A stretch of DNA of 34,672 bases. Origin: Octopus bimaculoides. Taxonomy: Eukaryota. Position 1 is the stretch's first letter. Each line of letters starts with the position of its first letter. The position numbers and the translations under genes are program-made. Below are positions 22,283 to 34,299 of the stretch, in pieces. The notes under the pieces were generated by a model that had not been told where the DNA came from, did not search any database, and saw only the letters and a list, made by a program, of their open reading frames with translations. The stretch lies in assembly GCF_001194135.2 (NCBI RefSeq), contig NC_068988.1, positions 34,432,850 through 34,467,521 on the forward strand, given 5' to 3'.

Positions 22283-22465
22283 CGTGCATTTGTGCCTCTT
22301 CGTCTTGACAACGGGTATTAGTTGTAAACGAGTGTCATCGTCATACAAGAGGTATCATTTATTTTCAATCTTCTATGAAAACGACCGGTCCTAACGAAAA
22401 CTTCACATGCTTCGAAGTAGTGATGGTTGGTAACGAGAAGGGCATCCGGTCGTAGGAATTCTGGG
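22045..22465 (+). mobile_element. tRNA-headed SINE family D with internal (GT)n
   Basis: gagttcagttccactgcgtgac...cttctactatagcc...aagcctatcg, then (GT)n, then gtcttgaca...gtaaacgagtgtcatcgtcatacaag...gaagggcatccggtcgtagg. The head matches 34554-34672. Confidence 0.75.
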
Positions 22466-23187
22466 AGCATGGAAAGTGAACACTATTGTGGTGATAATGA
22501 TAATGATGGTGGTGGTACTGGTTGTGTGTGTGTGTGTGTGTGTGTACGCATGCGTACGCGTGTGTGTGCGCTCACGTGTTTATTAATCTGTAAACATTCT
22601 TATTTTTCAAAGCGTGTCCGAGTATAAAACAAAAAGATGAAATTAAAGATATCACAGGCCTACCAACTAGAATATTGCATTTTAAAATCACTTTTAGAAA
22701 TCATTCTTTTACCCCCAGTAAACCTAATAAAATGAACATGTGTTCTTACAACAACGAATAACGTTCTTTTAGCTCTTTAATATTTGTTTATGATACATAG
22801 AAAATGTTGTGCTGTGTTGTGTTTAAATCAAAACTAAAACAAGAAACATGGATGACGGTCGTTAATTGGGCATATGAATCTTTTCAGTTTTATGTAAATA
22901 TATATTTAGCCTAGCTTTGAGGGTTATTTTTCTTTTCTTTTTTAATGGGAGGTAGTGAAGAGAAAAAACGACTATCAAACGTATGCTATTAAACAGCTTG
23001 CCTGAAGCGACGGGCTTGAGCGTCAGTGTGTGTTGGTGTTAACAGAGAGTTTTGGAATGATGCGTATCACCCACACATAAACAAAATATATAACAGCTGT
23101 AGAGTTAACGCAGTGAATGCAGATACATACTAACTAACATTATGTATTACGAATACATAGTGAGGAGAAAAGCATTAAATATCAACT

Positions 23188-23250
<63 letters not shown>

Positions 23251-23561
23251 GCCAAGAGAGAATAAGACGGGGTGACAAATGAAAGAGTGAATTGTAAACT
23301 ATCAGAAAGAAACAAAGATAAACAGGTTGGCCTGGAGCTACAGTTAAAAAAAAACACCCAAGTTTCCGCGCCGAGGAATGGAGCTTCAAACCATATGGCT
23401 ACAAGTCAACTTTCTTAACTACATAACAATTCATACATTCATTCATACAAACATACATACATACAGACATGCATACATACATACAGACAGACAGACATAC
23501 ATGCATACAAACATACATATATACATACATACATGCTGTATGTATATATATATATATATAT

Positions 23562-23596
<35 letters not shown>

Positions 23597-25121
23597 NNNN
23601 NNNNNNNNNNNNNNNNNNNNNNNNNNNNNNNNNNNNNNNNNNNNNNNNNNNNNNNNNNNNNNNNNNNNNNNNNNNNNNNNNNNNNNNNNNNNNNNNNNNN
23701 NNNNNNNNNNNNNNNNNNNNNNNNNNNNNNNNNNNNNNNNNNNNNNNNNNNNNNNNNNNNNNNNNNNNNNNNNNNNNNNNNNNNNNNNNNNNNNNNNNNN
23801 NNNNNNNNNNNNNNNNNNNNNNNNNNNNNNNNNNNNNNNNNNNNNNNNNNNNNNNNATATATATATATATATATATATATACATACATACATACATATAT
23901 ATATAATTATACATATATATGCATATGAATTTATCTCTATATATACATATGGCTTCATAAAGTATCTATCTCTTAATTTATGTACATACATACATGTGTG
24001 TGTGTATGTGTATGTGTGTGCGTGTGTGTGTGTATCGATTCATATCTATATGTACATATAGCTTCATAAAATATCTGTCTAGCAATCTATACATACATAC
24101 ATATCAGATATATATATATATGAGTGTGTGTATATATAGTGTGGGGAGGAGCGTGGAGGGAGAAAGAGAGACGTAGAGAGATATTTATAGTGAAAGTGAA
24201 ACTAATTCGCTAAGGCAAACTCAGTGAAGCGTATTGGATCAATCTTGTAACACGTTCGCCAAGCTAATGTGAGATACATGGGTCCATTCCAAGCCAATGG
24301 GTTTCTTCTTTTTATTTCGATCTTAAAATTAGTGTTTATCAAGGTTGTTAAATATTAAACAGACACGTTGATTGGAGTTGAAATCGAAAGAGCGGCGATA
24401 GATGGAGTGAAAGAAAGGTTAGGGAAGAGAAGAGAAATAGTGAGTGAGTGAGTGAGTGAGTGGGTGACAGAGGGAAAGAGAGAGATAGCGAGAAAATTAG
24501 TAGAAATATCTATAGTGGGTTGTATTTTACTATTTGAGAAAGAGAGAAGGAATGAAAAGCAGGAGAGAACGAGACACATACACACACATATATATAATAA
24601 AAGAAGGAAAATGCGCATAATTCATATATTTTTATATATTTCATAAGATAGAATATTCATATAGTCTACCGGTTTCACGTTTTGATAATCACGATTAGGA
24701 AATTCGTTAAAATATTGCAATTTCGTAGCATCTTAAGAATTGTTTAGACCAACTTGGTTACATGAGAATTTGTTCGTAAATGAACCAGTATGTAAACTAA
24801 TGTAAGGGAAGGTAATTTCACTTTTTGCGGAGTGCAATTTTTACCACCACTCCCCAACAACTACCAACAAAAGAGTGCAATTACTCTATACGTATGTATC
24901 TGTATGTGTAGATTCATATGTTTATGTGTGTTTATTTACACACATTATACATTGTGTACAAGTGTACATACCGACGGACAGACAAGTGGTATGTTTCATT
25001 ATACTAGCGTCTTGAATATTGAAAGAAACGATGTAGCCCAAGATACAGAAAAAAATTGCGTAGGGTACCTGAGTCAGTATTTGTTTTTCTTTCGTAAACG
25101 TACTCGAGAACAGCGCAGGTT

Positions 25122-25182
<61 letters not shown>

Positions 25183-26119
25183 AAGAGACAGAGAGAGAGG
25201 GATTGTGTTACCCTAGGAATTCAAATCAATTATCTACCGCAATCTGTGCGACTCTTTTTCGATTAAACTATAGAAGAACAGCTGCTTGGCTCAACTAAAT
25301 TTCACAATAAATTTTTTACTAGTATAAAATAGCACTTCTATTTCCGTGAATATGTCATCTATTTTATAATCTGCAGGTGGCTCAGCCTCCGGCAGATATG
25401 TATTTTACTGTTTTCTATATACCCATGCATCATACTTCAGTTCGATATTTATGATGAGAGTGTATCTTCAGAATATGAAAAACTTATACCTTTACATCTA
25501 AGATTTTAATATAAACTGTTAGAATAGAAAAAAAAAATGAAGATGAAGTATTTGCTTATTGGTCTACGTATATAATGCTTGCTCGACTTGTTGCTCATGA
25601 TTTTGCTGAGTTATACTAGGTGAATGCAAGATGTAGTGGAGATTTTGAGAGTAAACCCAATGGAAATCAACTTCCTTTCTGTATAGTAATATTATTTCAT
25701 CACTGTCACCAGATTTATATAAAGTCAACGTATGGGAGGCCAGGCTGAAATGCCTTTCATCATATGGTACTGAAGCAACGTCAACAAGAACAACTGAAAG
25801 ACCTGAAATTTATACCTATCTTGCCCATAGAAATTAGGGCTGTGATGATTGAAATGCTGCAGGTGAATTGCCATGTTTAATAGAACGAGATAGCTTTAAA
25901 TGTTTTTAAGAGTGTTCGACACCATGGCGAAGATAGGTAAATTACATGCGTACGTGCTCTGCTTTGCTCTTGCATGAATAAAAAAAGATGGTAGAGCGGC
26001 AAAAGTGTCTCCATTATTTTGGTGTGGCACATATTTCTTGATGGTAATCACTGATTTATGCAACACTTCTGCTCCCTACAGACATGAGAAGTATCCCTAT
26101 GCATAGCACTTATATAACA

Positions 26120-26295
26120 AGAGCAAATGAAATAACGGCCAAATGTTACTCAAGTCACACTCTGGCATCTTGAATATGTATAAGACTTATTTGAAAAAGG
26201 AAGTCTTATATACCTCTAAAGAAGATGAGATAGTCACCTCCGAAATGTTTCTGGTCTTTGGCTTGCTCGATCAGAGTTGACTAACACTAGGAATT
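26120..26295 (+). mobile_element. Family B copy
   Basis: gaaataacggccaaat...caagtcacac...gatagtcacc...gcttgctcgatcagagttgacct. Confidence 0.55.
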
Positions 26296-26624
26296 AATTA
26301 ATGCAGCATTTCAGTGCATCAGCTCTTATACAATTTAGACCGATCACTTTAAATAAGTACAAGGTTATAAACAGTATAAATAAGTAAAACCTACAAATAT
26401 TTTTATGGATAAATCAAACCTGTCTGTTTTACTGTACTTGGTATTAATTGTAGTGGATCTCCGTTGTTTTGGTAAGTATTTAGTCGCTTAATAAACTGAA
26501 CTATCTGCTTTTTGAATTAACGTGTTAGTTGTTGAATATACCATATACCACAAAAACGGATGCCCTCGTAGGAAGAGTCAGCACAATACAGTGACAAGTT
26601 TGGACCTTTAAATTACAGGTATAG

Positions 26625-26795
26625 TCCATGTGGCAGGCTTCCACACAGTTCACGTCTATCCAGTAGTACCCTACAGGTCAAGATCGACACGAGGTTGTGA
26701 TAAAAGATACTTGCTCAAGATATCGTGCATTGCGATCAAAACCGAGATTTCGTGATTGTGAAACGATCTTCTCGGCTATGTGACCATATTTCGTC
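26625..26795 (-). mobile_element. Family D SINE, degenerate
   Basis: Minus strand: cttgagcaagtatcttttatcacaacctcgtgtcga...gatagacgtgaactgtgtggaagcctgcc. Confidence 0.55.
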
Positions 26796-26907
26796 CGCAT
26801 TCGACAGTATGCCATATAAAATAAACTGTCTCAAATAATCTATATGTTAAAAGAAAGACTGGATGGTCACGGCTGGAATATATCTATATTCAGACAGACA
26901 GACAAGC

Positions 26908-26971
<64 letters not shown>

Positions 26972-27487
26972 TCAAGATTAACAACAATAATACAATAGAA
27001 AAAGTTGTTTTTTTTATGTAATGGGTGTAGTGCTCAATATCTCTTTCAAAATGTCTTTCAAAGTTTGAGCTTAAGCACTTGTGAAAGGAAGGAGAGAGAA
27101 AATGGCTGAAACAACGAATTACGTGTTGTTCTGAGTGAAGTTATGTTGAAAATGGCGAAGTTAGAATGATTGGAAGTGGGCATAAGGAGAAATATTCCTT
27201 ACATACAAGGGCAACAAGGGAGGTAACCGTAGATGTGCTTGTGTGTAGTTTTACTATTTGCAATACACTTTATATATGACCGTATAGATATATATATGTA
27301 CGTGCATGTCTTTGCAAATCATGTGTCTTCATTAGAATGTTATTTTCGCAGTCTGTGTGAATACATACTCACGCGTGCGCGTACACATTCACTACTCACA
27401 CAAATACACTCAAACACTCACTTACACATTATAGTGCACTTCAGAACGTTTCAAATTATTTGAAATGTAAGTTAACGATTTTTACAG

Positions 27488-27900
27488 CATTCCGTATATC
27501 TTACTCAGCGTAGAGATAACTGAAAGAAAAGCACAATACTTCTGTATTCGTCTTGAGAAAGCATCTCGTAATGGCGTATTACGTTAAAATGCACAGCAGT
27601 ATCAGTAGAAAACGAAAAGCAGCCAGTAGCGTCGGTGGAATTGCTAGATCCGGGATTTCAGCATATTTGCACGTCATCGGTAACAAACATCCACTGTATG
27701 TATTTCGTCTCTCTTGATATAGAAAAGTAATTATTAACAAGTCACTGGTGTCGTAAATAGCTGGTGGGCTGGATAAAAAATTAATATTAGCGACGAATGC
27801 TGTATTAATTCAAAATAACATTCTGTATATCTTACTTAACGGAGACATACTGTAAGAAAACCACAACAATGCGATATTCGTCTTGAGAAAGTACATCGTA
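27488..27900. repeat. Diverged direct repeat pair of about 83 bp, 331 bp apart
   Basis: cattccgtatatcttact...gtattcgtcttgagaaagcatctcgta (27488-27570) versus cattctgtatatcttact...atattcgtcttgagaaagtacatcgta (27819-27900). Confidence 0.85.
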
Positions 27901-27960
27901 TAGACATATAGTACTTTATTACCATTTTAGACTCGCTATGGAAAAAGAAACAAAGACAAG

Positions 27961-28030
27961 ACAGAAATGATAGCATCGATCTGGTGAGAAAAGTTAACAG
28001 AAAACATAGTATCGATCTGGTAAGAAAAGT
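27961..28030. repeat. 36-bp tandem duplication
   Basis: acagaaatgatagcatcgatctggtgagaaaagt followed by acagaaaacatagtatcgatctggtaagaaaagt. Confidence 0.9.
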
Positions 28031-28553
28031 GTGAGTGACTGGTTTCTAGTCTCGTCAGATCTTTATCAAATGAGACCAAGAATTCCCATATTCTCGCTTT
28101 GAAAACATTTGTAGCTTATAGTTTATTTATTGTTTTAGAAACTTTGACTTTGCCAAATTAATCATCTAATTCACATGAAAATGCGCTTTAAACAAACGTT
28201 TATGAATGAATTCATTGTGGAGAACACAACATTTTGAAATAATACAAATGTAAAGACACAAACAATTTTGCCCCACTATGGAACATAAGCAAACTGGTTT
28301 CATTTTAAATTTCTGTGTCTCCTTGAGCAGAAACATATAGTTTAGTATGATTAATTTCCAGATTCATTAAAACATCATTAGAAAGTTAATTAGAGAATGA
28401 ATATCTATTTTCTCTCCACAGACGGAGATTACTTGCTTATAGCAATTTTAATATATATACAAATGAGGAATTAACTATTTGATATGCATATAATTCGATA
28501 TACGTGTGTGCGTGAATGCGTGTGTGTGAATGTGTGGCCATGTATATGTTGGC

Positions 28554-28591
<38 letters not shown>

Positions 28592-28761
28592 GTGTGTATA
28601 TGTGTGCATGTATGTGTGAGTGTGTATATATATATATGCGTGCGTGCTCTTATGCGTATGTGCGTGTATGTGCGTGTTTTAGTATATAGTTAGCTAAATA
28701 AACAGATAAGCAGACTGAAAGAGACAGATGTACGTGCATGAATAATGATATATATGAGTGC

Positions 28762-28797
<36 letters not shown>

Positions 28798-28855
28798 TGT
28801 GATTATATACGTGTATATATACATATAAACATGTACATATATATACATACATATA

Positions 28856-29024
28856 TATATTACGAATAGAGAAGGTAGCCAGGATTTAAATGAAAACTAT
28901 TTATTTAGCGCTTTCGTCCCTTTCAGACATTCATCATGAACCATGGTGAATCCCTGAAAGGGACGAAAGCGTTAAATAAATAGCTTTTATCCAAATCCTG
29001 ACTACCATCTTATTTCTTAATATA
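28856..29024. mobile_element. Palindromic element (83-bp arms, 3-nt spacer) with hammerhead-like motifs
   Basis: Core arms 28897-28938 and 28942-28983 are complementary at 38/42 positions, and complementarity extends further out. Each arm reads outward AUGRUGA A..GGGAC GAAA GCGY UA AAUAAA. Confidence 0.85.
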
Positions 29025-29364
29025 CGAAATCAGTGTACTACTTCAAACACGGTGTGTTGTTGTCACTTCCTGCACCAGAAGCATTTCCCAACCATTAGAT
29101 TAATGACTCAGGCCAATTATTAAACTGATAACCCGACTTAGAAAACACATCCACGTTCCCTCGCTAAAGTGGGGACCCCATGTAAAAATATGTACATTGT
29201 TCTTAGAATTTGGTTTTTTGAGCTAATTGTTCTACCTCGAGTTACAGATACTCCTTTGGCACAGTCGTTGCCATTAGAAAGAAATGGAGTGACCCGGTTA
29301 TTTGGCCCGTCGGCAACATATAACCAGCGATGGCGTTGGTTACTAGTTAGATACAAATAAAAGT

Positions 29365-29572
29365 GGAGACGCGCGGCTTAGTCGTTAGGATGATGAACTC
29401 ATGATCGTAAGATTGTGGTTTCGATTCCTGAGCAAACGGGAAAACTCGACAGCACATCAGGTAAAATACTTAACGGCATTTATCTGTCTTTACGTTTTAA
29501 GTTCAAATTTTGCCGTGGTCGACTCACGAACATGAGTCCAGCACCTTAACCACAAAGCCATGCGCCTCCATC
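29365..29572. mobile_element. SINE mosaic: family C head (+), family A fragment (+), family C head (-)
   Basis: ggagacgcgcggcttagtcgttagg...ggtttcgattcctg; ttacgttttaagttcaaattttgccgtggtcgac; ccagcaccttaaccacaaagccatgcgcctcc. Confidence 0.75.
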
Positions 29573-29603
29573 ACAACAATGATTCACTATTATATTTCAC
29601 ACA

Positions 29604-29828
29604 AAGGCGGCGAGCTGACAGAATAGTGAGCACGCCGAGAAAAACGCTTCGCGGCATTTCGTCCGTCTTTACGTTCTGAGTTCAAATTCGGCCAAGTTTA
29701 AATTTCGTTCGGGCCGACTTTGTCTTTCATTCTTTCAGGGTCGATAAAATAAGTACAAATTAATCACTTGGGTCGATGTAATCGACTTACCTTCTCCTGC
29801 GAACTTTGTGCCAAAATTTTAAATCAAT
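29604..29828 (+). mobile_element. SINE family A with a short internal insertion
   Basis: aaggcggcgagctgacagaatagtgagcacgccg...gagttcaaattc...gggtcgataaaataagtac...tttgtgccaaaattttaaatc. Confidence 0.92.
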
Positions 29829-30291
29829 TTTATAAATACATTTTAAGGCGACTGACTAGTAACCGAGCTCATTTATGTACGTTTTGTCTCCCTTCTCGCT
29901 GACGCCAGGCCACTTAAAATTTCTCACTACTCTCTACCACCTTTACCCATCTCACATTTACATTTTTGTAACATTCTAAACCTAACATGAAGACCACCGC
30001 TGAAATGATACGGCTCAGGAACTCCAGGGTAGCTGGTCTACTTTATTGGTCATACTGCCAGCCACTGAGGATCACCCCAGGCAACTAGGCATCCCCAGAC
30101 GACTGAACAAGATTATCACTATATTCTGCTATTTTTAGGACAATTAATACAATCACCTTTTAACAATGACAGCCTACTAAACCACACACACGTACATGAA
30201 CACATATTCTTACACAAACACATACATACACACACATACATAGAGTATACAAACACACAAACATACACATACACATACACACACACATACA

Positions 30292-30324
<33 letters not shown>

Positions 30325-30334
30325 NNNNNNNNNN

Positions 30335-30384
<50 letters not shown>

Positions 30385-30404
30385 CGCAGAGATACATAAG
30401 CTCC

Positions 30405-30880
30405 AATACGAACAGGTGGTGAACAAACAAAGCAACTATTGGCTTACCGTGTCCCCAAAACATGTACCGAGAGTGATAAAAATCAAACATCCAGACAACA
30501 TTATGGTGTTTGGAGTGATCACTGGTGATGGTGACATTATGCCTCCATTCATCTTTCCACACGGCCTCAGACACAACACAGAGACCTACATCAAGTGCCT
30601 GGAGGAGGTAGTGCTGCTTTGGGTCAAGAGGGTGGCTGTTGGAAGATCTATGTCTGGCAACAGGACTACACCATGTCACACAAGCAGGAGAACCCAGTCA
30701 TGGCTGTCAGACAATTTCGGCGACCACATCACCCCTAACATCTGGTCACCTCACTGCCCAGGCTGCAAACCCCTTGATCATTATGTGTGGGGCGCAAGTG
30801 AGCGAGAGACCAACAACACTCCTTGTAACACCAAAGATGCACTGAAGGCAAGGATTATGGCAGCATTCACCAACTTAATC
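30405..30880 (+). pseudogene. Tc1/mariner DD37D (maT-type) transposase fragment
   Basis: VNKQSN.WL...KHP.NIMVFGVIT.DG..MPPFIFP.GL...ETYIKCLEEVV..WVKRVA.GR; the alternative frame gives YVWQQD; then PCHTSRRTQSWLSDNF...PNIWSP..P.C.PLD.YVWGA.ERETN. There are 37 residues between the second and third Asp after reconstruction. Confidence 0.9.
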
Positions 30881-31534
30881 GCTAGAAGATGGTAGGGGTT
30901 TGCTACCCTGCTTGCAATATATATCGGGGCAGATTACATCCATAAACAGCTAGAAGAGGCGTCCTCTAGGGACTAAAAATGGTAGTGATGTCGGTTCGTA
31001 CGGAACAGCCATGTTGAAGTGGCGACAATTGTTTAAAGGCTAAAAGGACTTCGGATCAGCTGTAATTTGGGATATGAGGGTGTGCTATCACCTGTTGTCA
31101 ACAATTATCGTAACTCAACTAATTAATACTAATCAGTTATTGCACAAATGTTAGATGGTTGAAACATCCCAAATCATAATCTGTCTCGAAATATTTCTAA
31201 AGCATTTTTCTACAAAAAAATCTATTAGCTAATCGACAGGCCAGGTTAAACTACATACGCCATTGATGATGCCAACTATACCGAAACATGGGATCATTTA
31301 AAGTATTGTCATCCCAAGCCTGCTCTATCTAAAGAATCGTCACCCTAATTCACAGAAAATATGATTTGTATGATTGTGATAGCAAAATTCTAATCCTTTG
31401 CGTTATATATTTTTATCATTTCGCGAGAAATAAAAACCAGAATAATATACACCTTGTTCTAAAATTAACAAATTAACTGAAGCTACAGTGATTATATAGA
31501 TAATATTGAAAAATATTATCTTTCACTTGTATAG

Positions 31535-32055
31535 TAGTGACTGAATTACTGATAAAGATAGTGATGGTGATCATGACGGTAATAGTGCCGTTGTTGTTGT
31601 TGTTGGCGACGGCAGCTGCAGCGATGGTGAGGATGGTGATGATAATAGTGATGGTGTCGGTGGTGGTGATGATGGTGGGGGTAATGCGAGTAGTGGTATT
31701 GGTAGTGGTGGTGATAGTGGATTTATTGATAATATTGTTGTTGTTAGTGGTGGTGGTGGTGGTGGTGGCGGCGGCGGCGGCGGTGTTGTGGGAATGCACA
31801 GTGATGGTGATGATAATGGATCTATTGATAGTTGTTGGTGGTGGTGGCGGTGGCTGCGGCAGCGGCTGTGGTGGTGATGGTACTGGTGGTGGTGGAAGCG
31901 GCGACGGTGGGTTTGGTGGTGCAGTGGCGGCGGCTGTGGTGGTGGTAGTTGTTGTGGTTGTGGTGATGGTAGTGGTGGTCGTCGTGGAGTTGTTGTTGGT
32001 GGTGGTGGTGGTGGTTTTGGTGGTGAAATGGTGGTGCTAGTGGTAGAGTCGATGG
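31535..32055. repeat. About 520-bp cryptically simple triplet mosaic (GGT/GAT/GTT/GTA/GGC)
   Basis: In-register degenerate triplet run; source of the Val/Gly-rich and Pro/Thr-rich ORFs. Confidence 0.92.
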
Positions 32056-32127
32056 TGAAATATACAGACAGGATGGTCACCAATGGAACATTTTTGGACG
32101 CAGGCTAATGCAGGCTTAGATACATGC

Positions 32128-32187
<60 letters not shown>

Positions 32188-32780
32188 TTATGTATGTATG
32201 TATGTTTATATATGTAATACAAAGGATGTATAAGCATGTATACACACATATATGTACATACTTACATCTACATGTGTATATAGATGCATATTCGGGTACA
32301 GGACGTTAGAAAAATGAACTACAGACAACGGAACGAACACATAGGAAAACAAATAGCCACTTGGATTAGGGGATGGTCACCATTGGAATGTCTTTGAATA
32401 CTGGTCAGTGTAGTCCTAGATATACGTGTACAAAATAGTCCCCTTTACTCATTGCTCAATGTTGTCCTAGAGGTACACAGACAGGATGGTTATCTCTGAA
32501 AATCCTTTGAGTGTAAGTTCTATCTAGTCGTACTTTGGTCATAAATCTGTGCAGTCCTTGGCAGACACAGACGCGAGGGTCACTTTCGATTACAGGTCAA
32601 TGAAGTCCCAGATATACAAAGACAGGGTGGTCACCACCAGAAATCCTTTGATCATAGGTTAGTGTAGTCCTTGATAGACATAAACAGAATGGTAAAAGCC
32701 AGACTGACTTAGAATTTAGAACCGCTTGATCAGACAGAGCTGGCGCTGGAAGAGACATCAACTACAACAACAACAACAAT
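32053..32780 (+). repeat. Family B-derived tandem array of 50-63-bp subunits ending in a B tail and (CAA)n
   Basis: Recurrent gtagtcctagatataca.agacaggatggtcacc..tggaa..cctttgatcatagg motifs; gtcc anchors at 32413, 32464, 32554, 32605, 32667. Confidence 0.7.
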
Positions 32781-33094
32781 ATGGACCAACAAGCTAACTA
32801 CTACCATCACTATTACAGCCACCACCATCACCGTCATCAACAGCTATAGCAGCGACATCTATCTGTATCATTTGTATATGCAAGCTTGGCAAAATGGCAA
32901 TATCAGCAGGCAAGGCCACTGGTGACACGCATGGTGACAGTGGCGGTAGAAGGTGCAACGATAGTGCAGATGCATTAGTTGTTGCAGCAGTAGTAGCACT
33001 AGCAATACATTGTAGCAGTAGCAGCAGCAGCAGCAGGAGGAACAAGAGTAGGAACAACAGCAACAACGAAAGCAACAGTCGGAAAGCTAGCAAA

Positions 33095-33720
33095 AGTAGC
33101 TCTTTAGGTGGTCACTGCATGCTAGAAATAACAGTCAAATCCTCAAATCACATTCCAGAGCCATAACTCAAAACACGTTGAATAATGTGATCAGATGTTC
33201 ACTGCTCATAGCACAAAGACAGGATTGTCGTGGCTGGAGTTTCTTTGATTAACTGTATCTTCGAGCAAAGCTTACAAATGGCTAAACAAATTACAACTGT
33301 AGTAATGACAACAGAAGACGCTTCGATGAGGTCTTCCAGCATGTTAGAAACAACAGCCAAATCTTCAAAACACACATCGGTGTTTTAAAATAGGACACGT
33401 TGGCTAATGGACATAAGAATAAGAAAGAAAAAAAAGCAAATAAAAAGCAGGATGGTCACGTTTGGAATATCTTTGATAACGTCTGCTTCTTCACAGCTAC
33501 GAGGTGTTAACGATTATCCTACAAGAGCGCCTCTCTGTGTGCTCCACTCTGTCTGCTAGAAATAGCAAATATATCTTCTGGAAAACACATCCCGGCGTCT
33601 AATGAAAAGCAAGAACACGTTGCATAATAATGTATCAAACCCTTTGATAAAGGGTAATGTGTTTGGGTAACAAGTCTGTTCGATCAGGACAGACCTAGGA
33701 CCATAGAAATAAAAAGGAAA
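33095..33720 (+). mobile_element. Three head-to-tail family B copies
   Basis: gctagaaataacagtcaaatc (about 33121), gttagaaacaacagccaaatc (about 33343), gctagaaatagcaaat (about 33555), each followed by B body motifs. Confidence 0.7.
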
Positions 33721-33771
33721 ATAACAAAGGCAAAAAAATCGGGTACATTATCCTTGTAGTAGTAGTAGTAG

Positions 33772-33875
33772 TAGTAATTGTTGTTGTTGTTCTTTAACCT
33801 TAGGTAAGCCCCAGTCGAACAGACTTATTTTGCAATACACTCCAACCGTGACCAAATCAATTTTTTTTTTAATTC
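33772..33875 (-). mobile_element. Family B 3' end, inverted
   Basis: Minus strand: ttggtcacggttggag...aagtctgttcgactggggcttacctaaggttaaagaacaacaacaac. Confidence 0.7.
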
Positions 33876-34299
33876 TCTCAGTATCAAAGGGAACCCAGTT
33901 ATCGAACGTGGGCAGTTTTGTCTTCTTTTTGTGTTTTTTGGTTTTTTGGNNNNNNNNNNNNNNNNNNNNNNNNNNNNNNNNNNNNNNNNNNNNNNNNNNN
34001 NNNNNNNNNNNNNNNNNNNNNNNNNNNNNNNNNNNNNNNNNNNNNNNNNAAAAATTTCCGTTAGCTTTCTTTCCTCGTTTCAACACGCTGTGTATTAATA
34101 GTGAAAAATATTGTATATGGTTGGACGATCTAAGGTCTATTTTTCAGTATATTGGCATAGAAGATTCTTTTCTTTTGGCTTTAATTATAATTGTGTGTGT
34201 GTGTGTGTGTATGTGTGTGTGTGTTTGTGTGTGTGTGTGTGCGCGTGTATGTGTACGTGTGTGTGTGTGTGTGTGTCTGTGTGTGTGTGTACGTATATG

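Noticed and set aside
24189-24203. IRF/ISRE-like agtgaaagtgaaact
   Set aside because: A single short motif in purine-rich sequence, with no associated gene evidence.
31473-32083. Val/Gly-rich and Pro/Thr/His-rich ORFs of 108-170 aa (also 32794-33166)
   Set aside because: Triplet microsatellite mosaics stay open in several frames by composition; no domain signal.
32365-32700. CRISPR-like repeat-spacer pattern
   Set aside because: Eukaryotic context, the units are degenerate with no unique spacers, and they derive from repeat family B.
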